Shown here: piece after piece, positions 32,516 to 45,200 of the stretch
Layout: each line of letters starts with the position of its first letter
Numbering within the stretch: the stretch's first letter is position 1
Origin: Hydrurus foetidus
Taxonomy: Eukaryota
Length of the DNA stretch: 46,770 bases
Assembly: GCA_900617105.1 (NCBI GenBank)
Contig: UYFQ01000475.1
Span: 1 to 46,770, forward strand
Direction of reading: 5' to 3'
Notes under the pieces: generated by a model
Told to the model about the DNA's origin: nothing
What the model saw: only the letters and a program-made list of their open reading frames with translations
The model's database searches: none
Position numbers and translations under genes: made by a program

Positions 32516-34514
32516 TTAATTTTTGTTCTTTCTTCCACGTGTAACAGCAACATCAGTATCAGTTTTTTCTTCACTAATATATGCACGTCTATCTCTGTTT
32601 ATGTCATCATCTTTAGCGTCGGCAACTCTCTTTCCAATTGTCTCACCTGTTAGGTATTGATTAGTTATTATAAATTTTGCATTGTAAAGAAAAATAAGTA
32701 ATAAATTGATTTATGATTTACCTCGCTTGGTGGGTCTGTCCATTGGATTAAGTTGTTCATCGATTTCTAGCTCAGCATTTGATATGCAAAAAGTTGTGTT
32801 TGACCCAGGAACTACTGAGTTAGAGTTGCATTTAACAGCCGTTGGTTTAATCGAAGGTGGAGCTTTAGGGGAGGGTTGACTTTTTTGGACTGTAGATGTT
32901 AGGTCTGAAGTACTGTAGGATTTGGAACTTGGACCGGATGGAATAACGATTCTTGCCGACTGAGATTGAGAGACCACGTTCGAGGAGCTCGAAGATGTGG
33001 AGGAGGAGGATTTATTCGAAGAAATTGCTTTTCCTTCTGGGACATAAGTAGGTTTAAAATTAGGTGTTCGTTGCTGATTTAAATTGACTCCTGACTGTAT
33101 GGATGAGCTTGTTGTAGAGGTAGTCGATATGGGGGCATTCCCTTCATCTGTCGCTGCCGCTTTTTGGATCGAGTATAAATCGTCAAGAATGTCTGTGCCA
33201 CGGTCAATAAGATTGTTCATCCAATCATTCCTCGTTTCCTCACTAAAGTACGGCCCACAATTAGCCAATATATCTTTTATCACGCAGAATTTGTTCATAT
33301 TATCTTTTTTCAGTGCCATGGTATCAACTATATGTTGATCTCTAGCAGACGAGTCTAGTCTGGCTTGCATTGACGCCGATATGCCACGATTAGGTTCATA
33401 ATCCCTGTAAAATTCTTAATTAGGTATCATTTAATCAATACGATTTTATAATGTCATATAAGTTTGACCTTCTTCTGTCTTCATCTCTCGTCTCGGACTG
33501 TCTCATGGTGACTTGATTCATGTTCTTCCTGGCAGCTGCTTGCTCATCAATCCTGGTAGTATCCATAGATAAGGCAGTAGATATATCAAGTCCATATGCG
33601 GCAACTCCATAGGGTCCATATAGAATGAATAGAAGTAGAGATGGTGGTAGGAATGTAGACTCAATGGTGGGAGATTTCTTCGCTGGTTAATCCTTGGCTT
33701 GTGACTTCTCATCCTCCTCGGAGTCCGAAAAATTTGGGATGTCTTCCTTATCGTCGTCTTTGAAAGTCGCATCGTCGTCTTCGTTGTCAGCATCTGCTAA
33801 CTCATTGACAGCATCCTCTTCTTCAAGGTCATCTTTGACGTTCTCCTCTTGAGTGTTCCCCCCATCGTCTGCATCGTCCTCGTCGTCGTCAATAACCTCC
33901 ACTGATGTTTCCTCTCTAGCGCGGCGAATAATATACTCCAGAGCATCATCCTCATTTTTGCCGCTAGGCATCTTGCCATTGATTAGATACTCCATCCAAA
34001 ATGCCAATAACTTTTTGGCTTCCTTCACCGCTACCTTTCCCTTCGTGAGAATTTGTCTGCCGTTAATTAAATTTCTCGCTGAAAGCGTTGACATCTTTAG
34101 AACTGCTTTGCAACTTGCTTTGCTCACGCCACTAATGTATCCTAATCCCGAGATAATCCGGTCGTCCTCCCAAATTATCCGAAATCTTCCATTCCCCAAC
34201 AAAAACTGATTGAGGTATCCAGGATGATCTTCGTCGTAGCCGTGGTAGTACATATAGCATTTTTCCCTCATTTTCGCTCCAGCCATTGGATTTGATTCCA
34301 GTACCGAGAAATAACTAACCGCAGTCAGCAAGTACTGAAAAACTTTCAACTGCTTCGCGCTTAATGGTGGCGCCTTCGGGTGAGAGATGCTACTCATAGC
34401 AGTAAATGATTTTTGAGGCTTCGAAGATTGAACACTTGATTGTGAAAACGAGGTTGTTTTCTGCCTCTTTGAAGTCACTGCCTCAGCAGTGCTCGGAGCA
34501 GGAGGACGCTTCAT
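32516..34514 (-). pseudogene. Accessory ORF of the inner element (spliced, in-frame stop at 33687-33689)
   Basis: Long ORF pieces 34514-33687 and 33370-32711 with NLS-like N-terminus, acidic tract and Ser-rich tail; convergent with the transposase inside the TIRs; GT-AG intron candidates near 33406-33468 and 32648-32720. Confidence 0.6.
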
Positions 34515-34945
34515 ATTGATATGAATGTAACAACTCTATGAAAATTCGTCCAACACTTTTGAAGTTTGTAACTTGACACATTGCACCACAAGATACGTGG
34601 ACGAGACAAATCCGTAAAAACACATTTTTTGTACTTTGTCGCACCACAGGGTACGAGACGAGACAAAATACAAAGTACAAAGTCAATAAAACATCCAACT
34701 TTGTACTTTGAACTTTGTTCGCCCACAAGGAATGGCCTTAATTGACTTTTTTTTTCAAATATCCGAAAAAATCGTCAAATGCTATCCGAAAATTTTCGGA
34801 TGCCTCACTCAAAAAAAATAGATTTCGGATTCCGTTATTATGCGTTATCCGACTCTTTTCATGCTGTGAAAATCACTGATTGACCTCATTACGAGAGTTG
34901 TAAGATATACAGTAATTTGAACTGACACAATATTACTAAGCTTAG

Positions 34946-35783
34946 ATGGAGATTGTCATCGACGAGGCTCCTGGAGTTCCAAATGCTCAACCTGTGGCAG
35001 AGAAGAAATCCCTCTTGAAGTACACTCCAGCAATAAAGATACTGCTAGTCAAAACAATCCTAGCCATGAACGCGCATAAAAGTTCCACAACTGGAACTTT
35101 TGGAGTCAAGTTTACAGCCGTAGTAGAATCTCTCTGGTTATCTGAGATTTATTCGAGCAAGGGACCAAAACGCGATTGGAGCACGATAAGATATAAGTTT
35201 CTTTCGCTAGTCACTGGGTTTAAGAAAAAGGTCGGCTTGGGAGGTGATGACAAGGTCAACTGTAGCGCACTGCCTGACATTGACTCGCTGACGGAGATGG
35301 AAAGTCTACTGTTTGATATATGCCGCGATGAGGAAATAGCAAATGCAGAGACAGTGTGATGTAATTACTAGTGGAGGTGGAAAAAAAGGACTGCCTAAGA
35401 TGGCAAAAGATCTGTTGGCTACAAAGCCTGATTCGAAAAGGTATCAAAAACTCTCCGGTGGTTTCGGGAATCCTATCAGTGCGTCCTCCTCCTCTTCTAC
35501 AGCAACATCAAGTTCCACCCCAGGTAGCGACAATAAGAGACAGAAGAGGGATGCAGACAATGTCGACAAGAATGATATTAATGGCTTCTTGAAGTCATTC
35601 GCTGTTGAAGCTGTGAAAGATGAGAAGAGAGAAGATGCAGTTCTCCAACAAATTGAGGCATCAAATGAGATGAACAGAGCTGCTATCCGCGAAATGCAAG
35701 CGAGTAACGCTGCTTCGAGTGCAAGACTTGCACAATCACTTGAGTCAGTTGGAGAGGCTTTAATGAAACTTGCGAAAAAATAA
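34946..35783 (+). pseudogene. Accessory (putative Myb/SANT-like DNA-binding) ORF of the outer element, frameshifted near 35350
   Basis: ORFs 34946-35359 and 35343-35783; helical N-terminus (KYTPAIKILLV...WSTIRYKF) and coiled-coil tail. The Myb call is inferred from position in a two-ORF PHIS element. Confidence 0.6.
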
Positions 35784-35872
35784 ATGTTGTGTTTGAATAT
35801 AGCTCGTCGCATTTGTGTGTGATAAAATAATTCTTAACAGAATAATCGCAACAAAAATAATTTATTTTCTGT

Positions 35873-37111
35873 TTAAACTGCATGTCTTCCTTGGGATGTG
35901 TATACAGTAAAAGTAGGTGGTAACAATCCGAACCATTGGGCGGTTTCATTGCCATTCATGCAATTATGAGCATTACTAAAAATGAAACATAAATCAATCA
36001 AATTATCACCATCAAGAAGCTTTAAGATGTCTTTCTTTGTGACTAATTTCCAAAATACAGCAATATCTCTAAACATCCACTCAATAGATATTCTACATCC
36101 GTTTAACGCTCTCTTAATATCCTCGAATTCGTCTACGTTATTTCTACTAGTGATCCTAGTCATATAAGGGTACGCTGAATCACCAAAACACATGTAATCA
36201 GTAGCTTCTTCTAATTAGCTATTCATATCAATGTCACCAAGCAGATGCATATCATGACGTCTACAGCTGTATCCCTTACTAATATTGAATGCCATCCCAT
36301 TCGCCATGCTCATACCTTGCTTCTTGATTCCATGGACGCGAGCCCACCCGCTGTAGAATGACTCCTGTACTAGCAAAGGAAATCTCTCTGCAAACCGACC
36401 GGGTGTCATTGGACCACCCCCTGTCCTGTCGCTTGCTATTATCATGCAATCTATGAATATTGCAATTTTAAATCCCCTCCCCTCATCATCCATGCCCTCA
36501 ACCTCTACGTCGTACTGCTCGCTCATCTTTCGCATGATGTCGTTGCAAGAGGCCTCCAAGTACGGAGTCCAGAACTCAGTGTTATCATGTATCAGGTAAC
36601 CCCAGTTATCCTGCATCCAACTCGCATAGACATGAAGGGCCTTACCAATGACCGCGTGATAGATATGGTACTTTTGTTGCAGATCGATAAGACGTATTCC
36701 ATTTGCACATCTCTCTAGTGCAATGAGGAGCAGTCCCTCACCGTGGATCTTATGCCCACCATCAGGAAGTCTAAACCACTCAGGAATTTGAAGACATGTG
36801 TGCAACTCACGGAGCTGTTGCCTATTCTTGAATCTGTAGGTCACCCCTATCATAGCCTCTTGAATTGACTCTGAGTCTATTCTCAGTCTCTCCCCATTGT
36901 AGCGAACCTTGATATGCTCAGGAATTACTAAGACTGATATTAACTTTCGCACGCACATTTTCACCATCCTCCAGATCCGTCGGGCAGCACCAGGATTCCC
37001 AGCTACAGCTACGCGTTCCTTCCGGAGGCGCTCCAATACCAGCATCAGTATTCTCCTAGTGTGTCGGTCATTGCCCGTTAACGCACCCGAATGTCTGCAG
37101 TTTATATCCAA
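35873..37111 (-). pseudogene. Harbinger/ISL2EU-type DDE transposase of the outer element with in-frame TAA at 36215-36217
   Basis: FIDC, FYSGW..VHGIK.Q, RRHD, FGDSAYP, RISIEWMF; the two ORFs are in the same frame. Confidence 0.85.
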
Positions 37112-37360
37112 TTATTTTGAAGCTCGCTTGAGTAGCACCATGTGATTACTGTGCTGTTGTTACTGTGCTGTGTATGCTCAGTAATGATTGAATCGCGAAA
37201 TAAATCTTAGACCACACCAACGACTGCTGAATGAACTTACACCAAGTACCGAAAGTGAAAAGATAAACCAAAAATAGGTGTCCGTCAAAACGATCCTAAG
37301 TACGCATATAAAATGTGGTTAGATGACATTCTATACCAAATCAGATGAAACATTGATATA

Positions 37361-37426
37361 TGATACAGTGTGATACAGTACAGCACTCACATGATACAGT
37401 GTGATACAGTACAGCACTCACATGAT
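37361..37426. repeat. 31-bp tandem duplication
   Basis: TGATACAGTGTGATACAGTACAGCACTCACA x2. Confidence 0.85.
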
Positions 37427-38452
37427 ATGGTCATGCAAATGTGAAATTAGTTCTGACGAACAAGATGTAACATTTGAAGTTGAAGTTAAGAAATCATTGA
37501 AGGATGAACGCACCGTAATGTAAGTCCGTAGAGTTGAATCGCTTTCAGATGCTCCTATTCTGAAACAGCAATCCTTATACCCTGAGTTTAAAATTTTGCC
37601 AGCGTTTCGGTACTCATTAGTTGGTTGATTTTAATAATTGGGTGTATTGAGCAAGATTTTGAATTCAGGTAATCATGGAATGATGAACGCACCGTGATGT
37701 AAGCCCGTAGAGCTGTAACGATGACTTCAGAGACCGAACTCTTTATGGTGGTGCAGTCCTGCTGATACAAGTGATCCTGAATTTACAGTTTCATAGGAAT
37801 TAAGCACACAAGTAGGAAGCTGTTGACAAGAGACGATCATGCCATTCATAATTGAGTCATCGGGTGCGAGACAAAATGTTGTCGGGAACCCACTCACCGT
37901 GATGCTCACAATTAGTTCAATCAGATCTGACAAGCAAACCCTGACAACTGAATGTACAGAAACTTGGAGCCCTAGAATAAGAATCGCTGACATTGTGGCT
38001 TCATTAGCGACGCATTTGACGAAAGGATTCGAATCAAAAGATGATCATTCTAAATTTTACCACTGATGACACGGTTGCGTCGATTTGCGATCTTCACAGT
38101 GAATGGCAGTACCAGAAACTTCACGGCGCAGTCAGAAGTAGTCACCGTCGTACTCCAACCAAGTTTCAAAGTCAACAGAGTCTCCCATGGATAGCTATCG
38201 GTGACGAGATGAGATTGTGATAGTAATCTGACAATCCATCTAAGACTAGAAATGGAAGATGGCAACTGATAATTAGACATTGTGCATCTAATTCCTCTGT
38301 ATGATTTAAGATCAAGAACGTACAAAAAAATCTTGAACAGTCGGATCGGAAGTCGGATACGGAATTTCGCAACCACTTTTTCAACAGAAACGGAAAGTCA
38401 AATATTCGAAAACCGAAAAGGTCAAATAACGAAAATCGCAACCACTCTATTT

Positions 38453-39621
38453 TGTTTGAGTGGTGTGTGATCGGTAAACCGTGTAGTTTGCTTCCGGTTC
38501 TATCAGGCGACTGGTGCAGTCAACCTATTCAGATAGAATATGCGTTGTTTATAACCCTTGCACTTGTAATATAAACTTTGAACTCCTTGCAGAACAAGTC
38601 TTTGATTGCACAGGCGCGCTTTCCTGCACTCTCAAAAGCCTCCGGGAGAAGGAGCTCAGTAGATAAGGCTACTGCTTAATTACGTGGCAAAGAAATATAA
38701 CAGTTGCAGTAGACTGCACTGTACATTTCTAAAATTGCAGAATGTGAATATTCGTGGCATGCATCAAAGATCTAGATCAACTACCTCAGATTCTCTACAC
38801 ATTCATTACTTATTGGATGCTATGAGCGCATCACTATATTTGAGATTCAGTACCCGTATACACTATATGTGTACGGGATATACGGATAATCCCAAACATA
38901 CCCCTTGATGGGTTCATACACATCTGAAGAAAATGTGACCGGAATTTCCGTTACGAATTTTAGGCCTGAAAAAAAACTTTGAAAAATGAAAGAGGTGTCG
39001 CACAGATTCGCGAAACAGAATGCTTCTACAGACATCTCTCCTCTTCAAGCTTGACATCTCCACCGCACATTCACAACTTAATCCCTTTGATCAATCTTCG
39101 GAATGTCAGGAATAGCGCACCATGTAGAGGCTTCGTGAGGATGTCCGCTAGCATTTGTCCAGTCAGTAAATATTCAATCAATGTAGTGTTTGATAAAGAA
39201 GTAACGAATCTTCACGTGCCTTGTTCTCTCAGACGTTGACCTGCCTTTATTTGCGAGGCAAATCGTGGACTGGTTATCCTGGTAGACAATTGCTGGTCCA
39301 AGCCGAAGTCCTTGGTTGCAGAGAAACTCCCGAGTCCATAGGATTTGGGACAGGGCATCCGAGTTACCAGCTCCGCCTCCGTAGATGACCTGGTAACTAT
39401 CTTCTGCTTGCCGCTCTTTACGTAGACTGTTGCATTGCCAATCATTTACTGATTTCATGTCTTCATAAGTGCCGAAGGACGCATCAACATATGCTTTCAA
39501 TTCAATCTCTGGACCAATTCTCAAAACCATTCCTTGACACTTCGTGTACAACAGGTAGGATAAAATCCTCTCGAGCTTCTTGAGGTCATCTTCATCCGGA
39601 GAAAGCACTCGAGTAGCACAG
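38453..39621 (-). mobile_element. Copia-2 3' fragment, copy B (degenerate RT end/RNase H, PPT, LTR 38453-38898), cut by Gypsy-2
   Basis: CATRV...YVDASF...SSTEAE...YQDNQS...RTRHVKIRYFF with several small deletions; LTR near-identical to 29661-30106. Confidence 0.9.
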
Positions 39622-40860
39622 TGTGACCCGAACACCCGTACGGGCTGTATGGGTACAGGCGTACGTCCGGTTCGGATCGAGGACGATCCGATCCACACAA
39701 TTCATCGCCATGATATCTGCTGTGTTTACCTGTAAGCTAACCACATAGCTATCATAGCACTAGCCCCACAGCATCTCCCCTTTGTCCACGCGCCCTCAGA
39801 CCTCCGCTCCCGTTGCCCTGAGACCTAGCAAGGCAACAATACCGGTATTTGGAACCAACTAGGATCTCCCTCAGAGACCAGTCTCCAAAATCAACAGAAA
39901 AAAACTTGCCGCGACCGTCAAACAGTCGTGCCAAGCAAAAGCGAGTAAATTTTTTTTAGTGAAAACAACGTCTAACGACACTACAAAGGCTCTGTCAAAT
40001 CGACAGCCTCCAGAACGCCCTCGTTTAGAAGTTCGTTCCGACGACTTTTAACGACATCTCCTCGAGCTCTTCAGAAAACGAAGGCCTGTGGTAGTTCAGG
40101 GTCCAAGGTCCCGATCCTACCGGATAGTACTACAGTACACTACCCACCGTACACTACAGCCTGTTGTATCGTCGTAGCCATTTACAGCCTCCACGTAGAA
40201 GTTAACCCTAGCTTCTAGCTCATAGCCGTAACTAACTACCGATCTCTAGCCTTCCATCTCTTCTTTTCCCATCCGAGCTATAATAGCGCTATTCCGCTCA
40301 TCCTTCTTCGCTTCTTCTTCTACCTATCTACTTGGCCAAATCTTTAGATAGACTTCAAACGGAGTAGATTCACTCCACGACTTCCGAGGAGTCGTTTTCT
40401 CGCTGAGCCCGAAGCTCCGAGAACTTAGCTTAAGTTTACAGAAGTTTGGTATAGCCGCTACCTTCTTGAAACCCTCCGAAAGGTGTTTTCAAAAGTTCGT
40501 TTTTGGTCGAAGTCGCGAGAGGCTTCCCAACTCGAAATTAAGGAGTTCTCCACTAGCAATTAGGACACCGGTTCCATTGCTAGAGACATCAGATTAGTCT
40601 AAGGACGTCTTTTGGTCGACAGGAAGTTCTCCCTTCATCCTTAACAGGACCCAACATTTTCCATCACCCAAAATTCGGCTTTCACGCCATAGAATTTTTC
40701 TCGAGAAGAGTGGGTTGGAATTCCTTTATTCGCTGTTACTTGCGTAAAGTACCCGATACGCGAACGAAGCGAAGCTCTCGCAAAAAAATTTTGACGAGGA
40801 AAGCTCGTCCTCGCTTCGATACAACTCGATTTATATCGATTGCTCATCCTACGATAGGAG

Positions 40861-42297
40861 ATGGAAGACAACGATCTACATCCTGAGCCTGAGCCAAATG
40901 AGCCAGACAACGAGCATGAGATTGATGAGGAAGGAAACATCCTTAACATCTCACAAAGCTCACAATCGTCAAACATGGGGTTCCCCCAGACGCTTCAGAT
41001 CCAGCGTGAGATATTCATCCTACGGGGGGATTATATTACTCCGCAGGATGCTGAGGAATTCTATGAGCAAGCACAACGCTTGCCTCACTTGCATATTAAA
41101 CAATGCATGCAACGTCAAGCAATCGATTTGCTTCATGTTAAAATCTTAACTGATCAGTCGACACTGGCAGTTATTACCAACGAGCAAAGGCTTAATTGGC
41201 AAAACCTCCTTCCGATAGAGAGTGTTGGCAAGTTGGTAATGCAATACTTTTGCAAGAACAAACAAGGGGATCATACCTTAGCAGAACTGTTTGCTAAGGT
41301 CCCTTTCCACTATTCTCTTTCCTCCGATGAGGAAGAGTTAGTAACGTACATGGCGTACAAAGAGATCGCCACGGATCACGAACGTGTCCGTCATATCACC
41401 GCATCTCAGCATGCCGAGTTGATAGCGATTCTTGAGAAACGACTCCCTCGAGGGAGCCGAATCTTGGGTGATTACGTCGCTCACAAAGCGCGTGACAATG
41501 AGTCCCCCAAGACGTGGGAAGTCGCCATGTTGCGCATTATCGCGGTCGTCACGGCGGCGCGTGAGGCAATCCACATGAGCAGGAGTTATGGCAACCCTGA
41601 CATTGTCTACTCGTTTCCGAGTACAGCAGTCCCTCCTCCCCGCTCTACGAAAAAGCGGGCGAGTACACTAGCTATACGTGATGTAGATATCCCAAGTGGG
41701 AGTAGCAACCTAGCGGTACGTTCGACACTCGACGAACCGTTAGTGTCCGCTGCCCGGGTTTGTCGCTCATGCGGAAACCCTGCACATATTCTATCAGATT
41801 GTACAGTCATGTACTATTCCGATACCAACAACGATCACGGCTGTAACTGGTCTGATTCGTTTGTAGGTAAGGCATGGCTGGCACAAGGGGAAGTTATGTG
41901 GCAGGAAAGACTCATCCTACCTGGGTTCGAAACCAGGGAGAGATTCCACCCTGCGGGGGCACCCCCTTACTTGATGTGCAACAACAAGAAGCACAAGGGT
42001 AACCAGGTAAAGGGTCCAACCCAAACCAGGGGAACCAAAACCAAGGTTCCGGAAACCGTGGGAATCAAAACAAAAGTAACCAGAAACAAGGTTACGGTAA
42101 CCAAAACTACCAAAACCGCAACCAAGGGAACCCCGGTCCTGGGGGTAACCAAGGTGGTGGCAAAGGGTACCAAGGGAAGAACCCTCGAGGGGGTAGATAC
42201 AACCCGCCCCACGGGGATAACAACGCGAGCGCCAGCTCAGCAAACCAACAAGGTACATATGATCATGATGTCGATTCCTCTAATATCACTGACATAG
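40861..42297 (+). pseudogene. gag: Gypsy-2 Gag (frameshift near 42000)
   Basis: CRSCGNPAHILSDC knuckle; downstream G/N/Q-rich segment is in a shifted frame relative to Gypsy-1. Confidence 0.8.
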
Positions 42298-42299
42298 AG

Positions 42300-45200
42300 C
42301 ATTCAGTATCATGCATTACTGCATCTGTCATTTCAGCAATTATTCCCGATGAATTTTTGCATGACCCATCAATTCTACCTTCTGACCACCTCAACGTAAC
42401 GGTTTTGGTACAGGATAAGGATATGGAGCGCCAATCTAGCGTACGACGCATTGTGGGCAAGGCCGTACTCGATACCGCCAACTACTCCGAGGATTTTATC
42501 CTTTCACTATGATTGATAAATTGAATGCTTAACATAACTGTTACACAGCTTCTAACGCCATTACTGTTTGCTCTGGTCTCGATGGCCAGTGCTATATAAA
42601 TAACGGAATGATTGATTTAATTCTTAAATTTAATTCTTATGACGGCGAGTGTCATACCATTCCATTAACGATGCGGGTTAATAGGAACACAGACATTGAA
42701 CTTTTATTAAGTCGCAAAACTGTAAATAAATATGATTTTATGTCATTAACACCTTTCGCTTTTGGCATTTCTCCCGAGCTTAGTGCCGAGAACAAAAGGG
42801 AGCGTGATACCGCCAACTACTCCGATACCGCCAACTACTCCGAGGATTTTATCCTTTCACTATGATTGATAAATTGAATGCTTAACATAACTGTTATACA
42901 GCTTCTAACGCCATTACTGTTTGCTCTGGTCTCGATGGCCAGTGCTATATAAATAACGGAATGATTGATTTAATTCTTAAATTTAATTCTTATGACGGCG
43001 AGTGTCATACCATTCCATTAACGATGCGGGTTAATAGGAACACAGACATTGAACTTTTATTAAGTCGCAAAACTGTAAATAAATATGATTTTATGTCATT
43101 AACACCTTTCGCTTTTGGCATTTCTCCCGAGCTTAGTGCCGAGAGCAAAAGGAAGCGTGATGCTCGTTGGCTCGAGTTTGAAGAAAGGGAAGCGATAGCC
43201 AAGCTTGACTCGCCTCACTGGCACAAATATACGAGACGTGTGATATCTGAGGGTTTCATACCCGAAGAACTGGAAGTAGAGTCAATTACATCAACATACG
43301 ATATGTTAAAGGGTATCACAAAAGCAAAACTTTTGGATCGGAAAGAACCACATGGTCTATGCCCAAAGCCAACACCTAAGAAGGCCATTCTGCACGCACC
43401 TCTAAGCAAGGAAGTCGTGGGGTCAGGTTGTCATACAACGTTCACGTGTAACGTTCTCCAGGATGGTACCAAGGGAAGTCATGACCCAAAGTCCATGTGG
43501 TGATGTGGGTTGTCAGCGACTGGACAGTGTCTCGACTGTACTCGCGAAACGTACGGGTGATACCCCGCACCTAGATGGTGACTCGATTCCCATCCTCACA
43601 CATACCTCTGGGGACACTGTTACATCAGACTATGACGCGGAAGCCATATGGCCAAGCGGTGTCGCACTCTCCGTTGACGAGATTGACGATGATAAAACTG
43701 ATACCTTCGCACCTTTCTTGCGTGACAAGACGTGCCGGAATGTACCGCCCAATGGGCCGGATGATTTCTTGTCTCAGATTCATTTTGAAGGAGATGAAAG
43801 CCTTCAAAAGGATCTCCGTACTCTCTGTTCTGAATTCGCTGATATATTCAGTGATAAGCTAGCTCCGCAAGCTGCTGACCTCAAGCCGTTTGAGATAAAC
43901 CTGCCACGGCAGAAATGGGAGGTTCCATCGAACCACGCACCCGTGCGACCCCAATCCTCTAAAAGGAACATTATCTCCGCACTTCTATCGAAGAGATGTT
44001 GGAAGATGGTGTGATCGAGAGGTCGAACGCTGCATACTACAGTCATCCTGTAATGGTAAATAAGACAGCCGATACATATCGAACCTGCATCGATTATCGA
44101 GCACTCAATGAATGCATTGAGCCGGCCTCCTTTCCACTACCAAATATCAAACACCTCTTTGAGAGGATCGGTAATCGAAAACCGGATATTTATGGGGTGA
44201 TGGATTTAACCGCGGGTTACCATCAAGCTCCCTTATATACACCCCACCGAATCTATACGGCATTTATATGTTTCATGGGGGTGTTTCAATTCACAAGATT
44301 GCCTTTTGGCCCTTGTCGTGCCCCCTCTTACTTTCAAGAGCAGATGGTGACAACGGTCCTTCACGGTCTCATATACAGCTGTTGCGAGATGTATCTCGAC
44401 GATTGCATTGTATATGGCCGGGGCGAAGCAGAGTTTCTTTTGAACTTGAGGAAAGTCTTTGAGAGATTTAGACTTAAAAATCTTAAACTCAAAGCAAAGA
44501 AATGCCGATTCGGTCTTAAACGTATCGAATACGTTGGACGAGTCATCGACAAAGATGGTTTATCCATGTCGAAAGAAAAGATTGAGACAGTACTCAACTT
44601 CCACTTCCAAAAGAAGTTACGGCATTACGGGGATTCCTTGGCTTAGCCAATTATTTCCGTCAATTCGTTCCTTTTCACTCGGAAATGGTAAAACCACTTC
44701 ACATGATGGTGGACCCAAAGGCGGTTAAACGCTCTCCAATTTTTTGGACCCTCGAAGGGACAAACGCATTCAATGAGACAAAGATCGCTGTATCTCGTTG
44801 TCCATTGATGTATTTCATCGATGAAACTTCACCCATCAGATTATATACTGATGCATCTGATTATGGAATCGGTGGTGTATTATTCCAAGTCATTAATGAC
44901 GAATGGAAACCAATCGCTTTTATTAGCAAATCTCTATCTGCATCTCAGATTAATTGGTCAACAATACAAAAGGAGGCTTACGCTATCTTTTATTGCTGCC
45001 AACAATTGGATTACCTTATCCGAGATAGGAAATTCACTATTCATACTGATCATATGAATTTGACATATATGAAACAAAACCCTACTTCGATGGTAGCACG
45101 GTGGTTCATTGCAATGCAAGAACTAGATTTCACCGTTCATTTTGTTAAAGGATCGGATAACGAATTAGCCGATGCGCTGTCACGTTTATGTCCAAATCTT

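Larger units (their letters stand above)
30567..34730. mobile_element. Inner PHIS-group DNA transposon nested in the outer element
   Basis: Imperfect ~30-bp TIRs starting CCTTGTGGG; AAT duplication at 30564-30566 and 34731-34733; GACAAA subterminal repeats; two convergent ORFs. Confidence 0.9.
30538..38448. mobile_element. Outer PIF/Harbinger-ISL2EU (PHIS) group DNA transposon
   Basis: Perfect 22-bp TIRs AGAGTGGTTGCGATTTTCGTTA (30538-30559, 38427-38448); ATT duplication at 30535-30537 and 38449-38451; TCCGA/TCGGA subterminal repeats; two convergent ORFs. Confidence 0.9.

Noticed and set aside
40040..40660. Exact 5' LTR end and PBS of Gypsy-2
   Set aside because: Candidates exist (TTAACA at 40646; TGGTATAG near 40447) but none can be confirmed without the 3' LTR.
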